The position numbers and the translations under genes were made by a program. The notes beneath the pieces were generated by a model that had not been told where the DNA came from, did not search any database, and was given only the letters and a program-made list of their open reading frames with translations. From contig OZ076412.1 in the NCBI GenBank assembly GCA_964187785.1, positions 46,686,001 to 46,750,000 on the forward strand: a stretch of 64,000 nt of DNA, written 5' to 3'. Shown here in pieces: positions 1 to 11,136 of this stretch (positions within the stretch are counted from its first letter, which is position 1; each line of letters starts with the position of its first letter). The DNA comes from Amphiscolops sp. MND2022. Its lineage: Eukaryota.

Positions 1-319
1 CTAGGCACTCTAGAGGCTCTTTCTTGTACTGTTTCATAAGATGAACGAGTTGAACGAAATCAAAAACTTTGTGAATGTGTCTGAAGAACTGTTTCTATTT
101 CAGAAAAAGCTAATTTTTGAGGTCAACTGATTGTTTTTTGCAGCATTAAAAGGATGAAGAATTGTTGTTATAGAGTTCTAATTCGTTCAAAGTTGGTTCT
201 GTGGTACCTTAATGCTCAAAAACTAAAAGTCTGCGTTTTATTACTCTCAATCCCAATTGTTGAAATAAGTATTCACTTGTATATTTTTGGGCATGGCAGT
301 AATGGCGATCGTTTTGCAG

Positions 320-433
320 GTACTAATGGAGATGGTAGGATCCAAAAACTACGACCTTCAAGAAAACGCCGCCCAGTGTCTTGGCAACATTCGGAGACTT
401 GCCATGTGTAACGAGAAGGCCAAATACAAATGA
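320..433 (+). CDS. ODAD2: Terminal coding exon of an ODAD2/ARMC4-like outer dynein arm docking armadillo-repeat protein
   Basis: Acceptor ttttgcag ends at 319. The exon reads VLMEMVGSKNYDLQENAAQCLGNIRRLAMCNEKAKYK* (TGA 431-433), closely resembling the ARMC4 C-terminus as I recall it ([37 protein letters not shown]). AATAAA at 589-594. Upstream exons lie outside the window. Confidence 0.8.
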   Translation, partial: VLMEMVGSKNYDLQENAAQCLGNIRRLAMCNEKAKYK

Positions 434-699
434 TTATTTCACCCCATTTCTCAAACTCTTAAAATCATTCATTCAAAATCTATCACATAGTGAAGTTGAT
501 CTCTAAGCTTGTAAATAGTTCTTTTTAAAAGATTCAATCAAAAATATCTTTTTAATTCAGAAGTTGAGCAAGAAATGTAGTGCAGTCGAATAAAAAAGAG
601 GCAGCGCTTTTTGAACTTCTGTTTCGTCAGTCGATGTCGGACGACAGAAAATAGAATGAGGAAAAGCAGCTGCGACAATGTCATACTTCAAAGTAGTAT

Positions 700-1252
700 T
701 TTTAGTCGGCGCATTTTAGTAGAAAATGTGCCCGACTATTACAGTGGGTAGTTTTTTTTAGACACGAAAGTTCCACTTTTTGGTTCATTTGTTCAACAAC
801 CTCAAACCTCAACAACTTCAAACCTCAACAACTCAAACCTCAGAAGCGCGTCCAAAACGAAAAGAAAAAACAAAACAGACGTCCACAACCTCGAAAACAC
901 ACTAAAGATCCCACCTTAGCCTCACTTTTTTTCGGCACTATGCGACTTTTTTTGAAATTTTTTGGATTGCACCAGAGGGTCCCCCTTCATTTGTTTCGAT
1001 ATTTTGCAACACAATGGATGTCAAAAAATTGCAAAGGGTCCCCCCTTTTACATTTTTCGGCACTGTGACACTGTTCAAAAATCTCATTTGAAAATTTTTT
1101 TTTGGGAATTTTTTTCATGTCTCCAAAGGGTCCCCCCTTCAATTTTTGTAAAATTTTTTGCAACCAGCTGGAGTTTCACAAAGCCCGAAGGGTCCCCCTT
1201 TTAAATTTTGAGCCTTAGATATGGCGCCGACTTTGGCCGTTCTCGGCTTGTT
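700..1252. mobile_element. Non-autonomous Helentron/HINE-like dispersed repeat, copy 1 (reverse orientation to the 61.7 kb copy)
   Basis: Hairpin tagtcggcgc...gcccgacta at 703-738 at one end; gccgttctcggcttgtt at the other. Internal ggtccccc and cggcactatgcgact motifs are shared with copies at ~4.0, 16.2, 17.6 and 61.3-62.3 kb. Confidence 0.6.
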
Positions 1253-1949
1253 CAAAGAAGTTCTGCTTAAATTTTCGCTACCTACTAGCATTCCAATTGC
1301 CTAAAATGAATTCTTGAATGTTCTGTTGAAACTTTCGAATCAAAGAAAGCAATGTTCTTAAACGACGATAAGACGATATGGTCATTGTCCAGAAGACCAA
1401 TGAATCATATCCCGAGGAACAAACCTAAACAAAACTAAACCTTAAGGAAAAAGCCCGACTATCACTGAAAATAGTCTTCAAGATGAAGCTTACTAACGAG
1501 TTTTATAGCCCGACTGTAAACTATGAGCAGGCCACTGAAATTGAGAAGTTTTTACGAGAAGGGTCTAACATTGGAAACTGTTAACGAAGTCAACTCGCGG
1601 TTTGTCAAGGTAATTAAAGAGACTACAATGAACACAGGTGCACTACAATTTATACAGAACAAAAATCGAAATGCAATTCATGGTTTGACGATGAGTATGG
1701 TTTGACGAACGCAGCGGTCAGAATTTGGGAGAAAATATAGAAAATCAATAATAGATGGCAACGACGAAGATCACAAGGTCGCCTTTTGGTACTATAAAAA
1801 TTTCTGGATACAAAGAAATTGGCGACTTCTGAAAAAATAATCTAGAACCTAGGAACAAACTGACCCTAAAAACTACTGGACATCACTGAAAAGCTTTTTT
1901 TCAAAACGAAGAAAGTGTACGGTTTGAAAAGATTTTTAGAACATCTCAA

Positions 1950-3250
1950 GAAGCTTAACAGTGTCTCAACCCCCAGCTAATATGATTGTAACATATCATT
2001 TGAAGTTATTGATTACTCCAATCTGAATAAAACCATTTCGCTCAATGAAATAAAGTGTATACTGAAGCAAATTCGTAATGGTAAGTCAGCTGGTCATGAT
2101 GATGCCAACGAGTCTATCATGAATCTTTTAACACTTTGTTTCAATAAGCTTCTAAAAAGTGGCGTTCTTCCTGATGACTGGGCCCTCTCCATCTTGCGTT
2201 TTCTCTATACATAGGGGATAGGAAAAACGCGGGTTTATAGAGGTATATCACTCTCCAGTTATCTGTCAGGTATTCACGTCTTTCATTGCCGACCGAATTC
2301 AACACTACCTGGGAAATAAACAGCTCCTTGGTCGGGAGCAAGAGGGATTCAGGGAACATGTAGGAGTTTTGTTCACGCTTTTGTTTTACACACAATAATA
2401 TTGACGTACCTAACGAATAAAGAGACTATATGTAACATTAGTTGATTGAGAAAACACCTGCAATCGTGGTGAGCACCCTTTGCTCTGGGAAAACTTGGAG
2501 ACTATCATAATAATGGTTAAATTCTTGGTGATAATGCTCAAAGACTGAACCCTGCATGGATGCTAACGGATCGCGTTTATTTTTGTAAGCTGACGATACT
2601 CTACTTTTTTAGTGAGAATGAAACTTTTTTGCAAAATGCTCTTGAAGCAGTATTAGATTACTGCTGAAAAATTTTGCGCAATAGTATAGACAAAATCAGT
2701 TGTATGAGTTTTTCTCGTGGTAAAGTCAGAAAAACTACATCGATCACAGCTCATTGCCAGTCGATCGAGAGAGTTGACATGTTTTGTTACCTAGTTATAA
2801 TCTTCAGGTAAAATAATACTTTCAAGTCTGCGATTAAAGACGACATAGATAGGGCTAGGAAAGCTCTGTTCAGAATGGAAATATTGCTTTGTATATTGGA
2901 AAATAAACTTGATCTTCAGATCGAAACACGTCTACCTTTGTTCGATTCTGTAGAATCACCAATTCTTTTTTATAGATGCGAACTACGGGGCTCCGAGAAT
3001 TTGGTTCAAATTGGTTTTTCACAGAATTTTTTTTCGACGCATTTCAAAATCAATAAATATTTGTCCAATGCAATGGTTTATGAAGAAAATGGTTTATGCG
3101 AATGGTTTATGGTGTTTTATGTCTGAAACGAGCGGTCAACTTTTTAAAAACTAAATCAAATCAGATAAAATGTTATCATGTGGAATTAGCCTTTGGTTAA
3201 ACAACTGCAAAGTTGTCATGCCATGGCAGTCAATAATAAGATAACCTTAT
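1950..3250 (+). mobile_element. Degenerate non-LTR (LINE, L2/CR1-like) reverse transcriptase relic
   Basis: Broken frames give PFSLNEIKCILKQIRNGKSAGHDD (~2030-2100), xADDTLLF (~2590) and LDLQIETRLPLFDSVESPILFYRCELRG (2875 ORF), typical LINE RT and C-terminal motifs, with many stops and frameshifts. Confidence 0.65.
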
Positions 3251-3984
3251 AAGTTACGGGATAGCGATGGCAGAAGAATATGCATGTTGAGTCTCTGATT
3301 ACAATTTCAACAGTTTTTTAAAACAAAATTTTTAAAAGAAAAAATTTAGCTGTTAAATAATTGCGAGTGATACTTCAACTGAACTCACTATGTGAAAATT
3401 GTCGGCTACATGAGCATCGACTGGAACTCGAGCGATCTGTGAATTTATTTAGAGCGCCGAAAGGGGAAACTAACCGTTTTTAGGTGTTCGTAGGCTTCTT
3501 TATCATCTGTTACTATGGTGATACGGAAACATTTGATTAAAACGTGTCCCCTATGCGGGTCCAATGGTGTTCCGGACGAGTACCAACCATGTTTTATCGA
3601 AGTGTAGGCGCGTAAGCGCTAAACGCCGGCAGTTTTTGCCAAATTATTACTTTACTCAACCTAATTCAATAAAGTATGACCAGCTAATGAATACGTCTGA
3701 TGGAACTCTTCTGATAAACACGCCAAAGCCTCTCCGTTCCTTTTTAAGTTGTTTCATCAGTATTGATGAATTTTTCTAAGCTGCGATTTGAACGCCTTCG
3801 GGCAACAAATTTCATTAAGTTTCTCTCTCATATTTAGTTTTTTAATCTAGTTACTAGTTTTTGTCGGCCTCATTCAGAATAATCACCTTTCGGTGCACAT
3901 CGTCCACTTTTACTATGAATACTCAGTACTGGATTTTAAACGCATGCATAGCCTCTAACAAAACATATAAAACCATTCCATAGC

Positions 3985-4471
3985 ATAAAGGTCCCCCTTT
4001 CAATTTTTCGGCACTATGAGTCTTTCCTCCTTTTTTGGCTTTCTTAGATTTTTCCCGAAAGATTTCCAATGTCTCCAAATGGTCTTCCTTCAGTTTTGTG
4101 ATTTTTTGCAACAAAACGGATTTTGAAAAATCCTAATAGTTCCCTTTTTTCCTATTTGCGGCATAGTGAGATTTTTGGATGAGTTTGTTTCAATACTATC
4201 CAAATTGTTGAGGTAAAATCTACAGTAAAGCGCTAAATCCGAATTGTTGACGTTTTATCCGAAATATATTGCGTTTTACTGAAGAGGAGGCAGAGCTTCA
4301 AAACCAAGCACTCGCATTTGTCACAGCACACTTTCTCCGAACTTCTGAAACGTTTTTTGAACATGAAAGGCACTCTTTGGTCCTCGTAAAAACGTCCCGG
4401 GCATTTTTTGAAACTTTTGTGTTTCTTGAGCTTTAGGTATAGCGCCGACTTCAGACGTTCCCCGCCTTGTT
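3985..4471. mobile_element. Diverged copy of the HINE-like repeat family
   Basis: ggtccccctttc, cggcactatgag and the terminal gcgccgacttcagacgttccccgccttgtt match the ends of the other copies. Confidence 0.5.
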
Positions 4472-4479
4472 AGATAAAC

Positions 4480-5545
4480 TGCTGCCCGGCGTAATGTATT
4501 TTGAAACTCTTGTCAAGAATCTTGCAAAATACTGGGTCATTATACTGAGTCATAATACTCTGGATCCAAGAACAAAATACATTGCCAGATCTTGCCAACA
4601 TTCTCAAGAGAAACTTGATCATATAAAACGCATTAATACAATTGTTTTCAAGACGAAAAATTTTTCCACAAAATCCGAGATTCATCAAAAAATCCAAGAT
4701 TTCCGTTTACAACAGCCCACTGCAGAAAAAAACTGATCCAAAATTTTTTGGGAAAGGTCACTGGAGACAAGTACTATAAGCTCCAGTCCTGTGATGAAAG
4801 AATGAAACCGCTGTTTGGTAATGAAGTTTGGAACGCCTATTGAGTTTGCGATATTCTCAAAAACGGTCAAATGATAGAAACAAAAGTTTCTTGGATTTTT
4901 GTCTAGTTTACATTCATCTAATTTTGGAAGCCTTAAAACGGATACGAGACATTTTTGTAAATGATATTTTTACATAGAGAATTTTGGAAATTCAGTTGCG
5001 CAGAGTCTAAATTAGGAGCGGCAGCTGGTCATTATTTACTTTTTAATATTGTGCAAGGTGCCCGCCCATCATTCACTAATTACACTCGAAAAGTTTTAGT
5101 ACCCTTGAGTGTACATGTAAAAAGAATATCACCAATCTATCACCGGTCTTTAATCTATACCCAATCTTAATACATGTACCTGAATTAATTCAGTGGATAT
5201 CATCGATTTTCTTTGAACATCATTGCACTGTCAAACTTTGAGCCACTTAGTATTTACCTGATGTAAATACTAAGTGGCTCAAAGTTTGACAGTGCAATCA
5301 GTGGACAGCGATGAACCGGTTGATGAACAAAAACTAATCAAAACTGGAAAAATTTTTGTAACTTGGTATGCAAACCAAATATTACATAGAGATGCATTGA
5401 AAACTAATTTCCTCAATATTCGTCTTAGAACTTTCAAGCAAACACGAACGGAAACTAGATTAAACTTTGAGAAACTTTTGTCTGAGACATTTCTTTTGAA
5501 TATCAATAGTTTCCGAGATATGGGCAGAAAAATTAGATGGTCCAA
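4480..5545 (-). mobile_element. Very decayed LINE RT relic
   Basis: Only faint motif echoes (FNLVSVRVCLKVLRRIL ~ YRPISLL...KVLERI; ANSIGVP ~ SGVPQG). No intact frame. Confidence 0.3.
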
Positions 5546-5561
5546 ACATTATCAATTAGGG

Positions 5562-6370
5562 CCCATGTTGAGTTTTCCTTGAGAATCTGTAAAGATCTGT
5601 GAGCCAATTTTCCTTGAGGATCTGTAAAGATCGTGCCACTGCTACGTAAGGACAACTGCAGATCTGCAAGGATCTTTACAGAAGTTCAAAGATTTTCTGT
5701 ACAGATTTCTCAGGAAATTTTTTCCGGAACTTTTAGTGAAACTATGCATTTCATTTTTTAGCTTCTTCGGTAGATATTTTTGCTGACCAAGGCTCAGTCA
5801 GTTGAAACTCTCCATCACTCAAAATTCTTGAGCAGGAAATGTTGTCCCCATCACGGTAATATTGGTGTCTGGGGAATGTTCGGTGTTGGTTATACACTGT
5901 AATTTATCCATTTCACTTGAACTTTCCAGTAGTGGTTTTTCAACTTTGAGAGGCTCGTTTGCCATATTGACTTCGTTTTGACGGATGAGATTTGACATGT
6001 GACAACCTTCTGGGTTGGTAGAGGTGTTGATAGAGTGCTGTGGTTGTAATATTTCGGGAACATGGTTTGCTGGAGTGGTTTTAGTAATTGCTGGAAACTC
6101 GGAATACATTATAGTAATTTATTGGTATGGTTAATTTTCAACAAATCCTGGAATATCTGCAAGGATCTGTACAGATCTGTACAGATTCGCACAGAAACTT
6201 TTTTAAAACTTCAAATAAAAGGCGTGTTTTTTTTTCGTAGAGCACTTTTTAACCAACTAATTTCTTTTTCGAAAACTGAATTTATGACTATTCAATTTTC
6301 GAACAATCCTGGAATATCTGTCAGGATCTGTGCAGATCTGTACAGATTCGCACGGAGTGCTCAACATGGG
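5562..6370. mobile_element. MITE with CCC...GGG termini and subterminal agatctgt repeats (CMC/EnSpm-like)
   Basis: cccatgttgag (5562-5572) / ctcaacatggg (6360-6370), extending into ~40 bp imperfect TIRs. Repeated (g)atctgtaaagatc / agatctgtacagatt units near both ends; gg(g) on both flanks. Confidence 0.6.
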
Positions 6371-6619
6371 GGGTTCCATTCTTTTATCACAGGACTGTAT
6401 AGCATGGAACAAATTACAGCGCAGTATGATTCATTATAATAAATAGTATACCCAGGCAATTCACTTGATTTACTGTACAAGAGACTAAAAGGACAGGTAA
6501 ATCCTTTTGACGTATGGCCGATTAGAAAACAAGCGGCCTCTAATTAAGAAGTGGCGACTGTAAAACTAAGGTGCTTTTGAGCTGAATATTACAGTTTCAA
6601 ATAAAGAATGCTTAATTAA

Positions 6620-8215
6620 TAATTTATTTATTGACGATATAAAGTTACATAGTAAAATGTCAAATAAATAAACGTCAAAAGGACGAAAAAAGAGCTTTTC
6701 AGCTCGACATTTAAGTTTTCGCCCTGAGAACCAACTTTACATCTCAAAGAAATCTATTTAGAATCCTTGATTTGGCGATCTGAGAATCTGAGGTCTAAAA
6801 GTAGATACTGAAGACTTCAGAATTGTTTGAGATAAAATTGATAGCAATGTTTGTAATGAGACTTTTAACTGACAATTCTGACAAAGTTTTCAAGTTATTG
6901 GGTATTAGGTCAAGAGTACGTAACCAATTGTATGTTCTAACGATTGTGTTCTTCAAGGAACGCCGTTGGAGGATAGTTCGGGAGTAAGTTATTGCTAAAA
7001 GACCTTTTGCCTTTCTCCGAGTGTTCACATCGGCCGGAATGTAATTACCGGATACAAAATCGAACGGCGACTTGCCTCTAAGCTGCCTGAACAATTCTCG
7101 CACAAGCTCAACAACATAAAGTTCATGAACAGTTAGGATATTGTGTCTTTCATATATATTCTGTAGAGAATCACATCGCTTTTTATAAAAAATTGCCCTT
7201 AGTATTCTTCTCTGAGCTTTTTCAATCATTTCAAGATTAGTCTTTGCTGTACCGCCATAAACCATCAGAGCATATGTTATTATTGGTTTTGCCATTGTTT
7301 TATAAAACATTAGTAAGCATCTGGTGGGAAACCTTTCTCTTATGTTATACATCAGGCCACAGAATTTATTCAATTTTTTTTGTCACGTAGTTAATATGGT
7401 CTTTAAAATTGAGTTTTGTATCAATTTGTACACCAAGATACTTGCAGTGTCCTTTCAATGGTAGTTCTGTATCGAAGGCATCGTTAGGGAGGGGTTGTGC
7501 ACGGCCAAACCCGACGGTTTCGCATTTGTCTACATTAACGGTCAGTTTGTTAGTGACAAGCCACTTTCTAATGCGTTGAATATCGCTTGTAATTCCATGT
7601 GATGAATTACGATCAAGGTTATATACAGTTGTATCATCAGCGAATAGAGTTGTTTTACTCTGGAGACAATTCTTGGGGAGGTCATTAATATAGATGAGAA
7701 AGAGAAAAGGGCCTAGCACGGAGCCTTGTGGAACTCCGCACGTTATTGACTGCAGGCTTGATTCATTCGCTTTCACTTGCACGAATTGTTTTCTTTCTGT
7801 TAAATAGTGTCTTATTATATTGAGTACCGGCTCTAAACCCATATCTGTAGAGCTTCTCCAAAAGAATTGAGTGGTCTAGTGTATCGAAAGCTTTCTTTAG
7901 ATCAATGAAGCATGCAATTCCCGAGCCCCGCTTGTCTATTTCATTTCTGATGTAATCTGTAACTTCAGCTATAGCATGAGAACAGCTTCGTTTGCTACGA
8001 AAACCAAACTGATTAGACGAGAATAGGTTATTTTTTGTGAAAAAGCTGTTCATTTGTTTCAGTAGAACTTTTTCAATCACTTTGCCTATTGGACTCAATA
8101 TGCTGATGGGTCTGTAATTTTCAGGCTGAGTTTTGTCACCTTTTTTGAATATTGGGACAACTTTAGCTATTTTGAGTTGCCTGGGAAAGCATTCTGCTCT
8201 AATGCTTCATTGTAT
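6620..8215 (-). mobile_element. 5'-truncated LINE (CR1/L2/Crack-like) with frameshifted RT
   Basis: ORFs 7763-8098, 7366-7842 and 6795-7373 give ENYRPISIL, QFGFR, FIDLKKAFDT, GVPQGSVLGPFLFLIYIND, LFADD, YLGVQID and YKTMAKPIITYALMVYG. AT-rich tail with minus-strand AATAAA near 6625. Confidence 0.9.
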
Positions 8216-9020
8216 GGCCTGACATCCACAGAAAAAACATCTAGATCATGAAACGTCATGTAGTGATGTACGAAAACAGTTCAGTCATAAAATGACCATA
8301 CAAGAAAAAAGATTAAAATCAAAGATTAAGTAGTTGAACCGTTTTGTAGCATCTTATAGTTTGCGTGAACAAACCCGTGCTGGCACTCCACTGCAAACCA
8401 CCAGTGGAACACCAGTGAGCACCGGTGGAGGCAATTTTGAATCATCAGTCTCTATTTCTGCCAGTCGCCAATTGTGCTCCAAAAGCTGCAGATACCACTT
8501 TGGTGGTCCACCGGCTGATTGTCAACTCGTCAACATCTTCAACAGTGATCTCTGGTTCCACTGTCAACTGATGCAGACGAAAGTCATTACTATTCGAAAC
8601 TTTTCTCAAAACTAAACTTAATTGTACTACATTTTTATTGCTTTTTATTGGGAAACTTGTAAGCCATACAATGATAAACCATATATAAAAACATTTGACA
8701 TAGCATGAGCATAAAAAGTTTTTTTATTCCTTGCAAGTTTTTAGTTCCATATAAGGAAATATTGGATGAATTAAATGTTAGATCAACCCGGAGAACAAGA
8801 CTCTTCCACTTCCTCGTGTATGATAACTTAGCTTTTAAAGCACATAAGATACACTTAACGTTTGGCTGTTTTTTTTTCGCTTCACGTTTCACTGTTTTTC
8901 GAAAGCGTCATCTTGACCGAACATGAAACAACGTAGATAGTGTTGTGATTATTTAGCAGTAATGTGACAATCAGTTCAAGTTACTTTGCTAACAAACATT
9001 TGAGTTCAGGTTGTTTATAC

Positions 9021-9200
9021 CCTAGTCGAGATTGCTTGATCTTCTTACATGCTGCATGGTAACATGCAGGCTAATTGTTTTTTTTTACAAAACATGAAAA
9101 ATTCAGAGAGCATGCATGGAAAATTTTTGTAAAAGTTCCAAGCAGTTTGTAAAATGCTTTAAGCATATTTTTCCAAGCAGTTTACAGATTTTCTTTTAAA
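9021..9200. mobile_element. Left end of the CCCTAG-TIR MITE family (same family as 30546-31104)
   Basis: ccctagtcgagattgcttga..acatgctgcatgg.aacatgcaggctaatt is near-identical to 30546 onward. Confidence 0.55.
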
Positions 9201-9786
9201 AAAATAGGAAGCAAGTAAACCAAAGCTCAGATCGATCTTCGACCTGCAACAAACGTGGAAACTTTCTCTTCATCTTGAAACCTATTGTATTTCATCAAAA
9301 AATCAATCCAATGGAAAAAATCAATTCAATTATTACAAAATGAGACGAATAAACACAAAAAAGACAGTTCAGAAGCATACAAATTTTTTTATCACATCAT
9401 ACAAAGGCCAAAACTTTGATTATACTCATTCAAACACGTTCAATGGTTACTGGTGTTCTTTTTAGCTCGTTGTGTGATTGCTTTGATCTATACAGAGCAG
9501 CGTGATCACGGAAAGTATGGAAGTAAAAAAATTAACTGTAAATATCTAAAGGTGAAGGTGTGATGATCATATTTTACCTGCAATCATGGAAACAATTTGG
9601 TACGAGTAAAGATTTTAATTGAAGTTGTCTCAACGTCGAAAGACGTTTCAACGAAATGCCTTCTAAAAGGCGTCAAAAGAAGACAGCCACGAAATTACTC
9701 CTGACAGATGCATTGACTGATATCGAAACAAAAGATATATGAACAACATAAAGATATGAACAACAAAAGATATATAAAACAAAAGA

Positions 9787-10320
9787 TATTGATAGCTCTT
9801 TAGATTTGCAGAATGACAGCATCCATCTGTCCACCAATATCCCTAATCATCCTGTAGTTAACTTCTTCCATCTAAATTTCTTATTTTATTAGCATTTTAA
9901 TCGTCTTTTGAAAGGTTTTGTCTTTCCAACGGGAACTACCAGTCTCTCTAGTTGTGAAAAAACACACGTTCTGTTCTCTTGTGACGAAACATCTCGCCAC
10001 AAATTATCGTGATGTATCATGTTTTGAACTAGGGCCTTCGACAGATAGAAGACGAACTGAAGAATATAACCAATAGGAGAACAGGAAAATGCCACAACGA
10101 TAATTTGTGGCGAGATATTTCTTCACAAGAGAACAGAACGTGTGTTTTTTCACAACTAGAGAGACTGGTAGTTCCCGTTGGAAAGACAAAACCTTTCAAA
10201 AGACAATTAAAATGCTAGTAAAATAAGAAATTTAGATGGAAGAAGTTAACTACAGGATGATTAGGGATATTGGTGGACAGATGGATGCTGTCATTCTGCA
10301 GATCTAAAGAGCTATCAATA
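9787..10320. repeat. Long inverted repeat (foldback): 224 bp arms, 86 bp spacer
   Basis: 9787-10010 is the reverse complement of 10097-10320 with only a few mismatches; both ends read TA. Confidence 0.95.
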
Positions 10321-10911
10321 GTACAACTCACAAAGCTATGATTCCTTGAATCCGAGTAACAGCGTGCGCTGCTCATGTCAGGTCGACATGGCATGCTCAT
10401 GACAGTAACTGGTGTTTGACGGTTAAGTCACATGGACTTTGCATGACGTCCAATTATATGAAAAGCCTTACAATAGGCAGTCCTTGCGCTTCCTTGAATC
10501 CGGACAACTACTGATTGTGTAAACATGAAGACACCTGTGTTGATGAAATGCAGTTTTCGTTACATAAACATGATCTAAATGGGTTTTATAGAACGGCTAA
10601 GCGTGAAGCTAGTTATCGATTAAACAGCATTGTAGTGACTTGAAAAATTCACAAGGCACAATTTTAGATTTATATTGTTTTTGATTTTTGTGAAAATTTA
10701 TCATGGCAAACTATATTTTCACGATGAAATCAGCCAAACCGCGAACTGCATAAGAAGCTGGGACACCGATGACAGTTCAAAAGGCGTTCAAGTCGTTGAT
10801 TGAACGGATATATTATGGTTCAATCCGCAATGATTCCAAAGTTAAAAGTTGGTCAGATCGCGGATTTCGGAAATAACGTCATCCGTTTCACTTAAGCGCT
10901 GTTTTAAGGTA

Positions 10912-11136
10912 TGTGACATTATCATGTATTACGTCACAATTGAGTTCAAACCATAGAGGTCATCGTTGTATTTAGACAGTCAAGTACCTGTCAGCATTTG
11001 AGTTAACACCGCTTGAACATAAATATTATTATTATAGCATAACGTTCTTTTGAAAGTAAGTTGATATAGAACAAAATAAGAATACATTGTTACAAGCTGA
11101 TTCTTCTTTACTTTACCATTACGATGATATAGAACA
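10912..11136 (+). repeat. 5' LTR of Mag-like element 1
   Basis: tgtgacatt...agaaca, repeated at 15914-16138. Confidence 0.9.

Noticed and set aside
154-411. 85-aa ORF from the track
   Set aside because: Wrong frame; the meaningful product is the ODAD2-like exon at 320-433 in another frame.
8370-8590. ccacc(a/g)gtgg palindromic repeats here and at ~46990-47095
   Set aside because: Probably fragments of another MITE; ends and TSD could not be defined.
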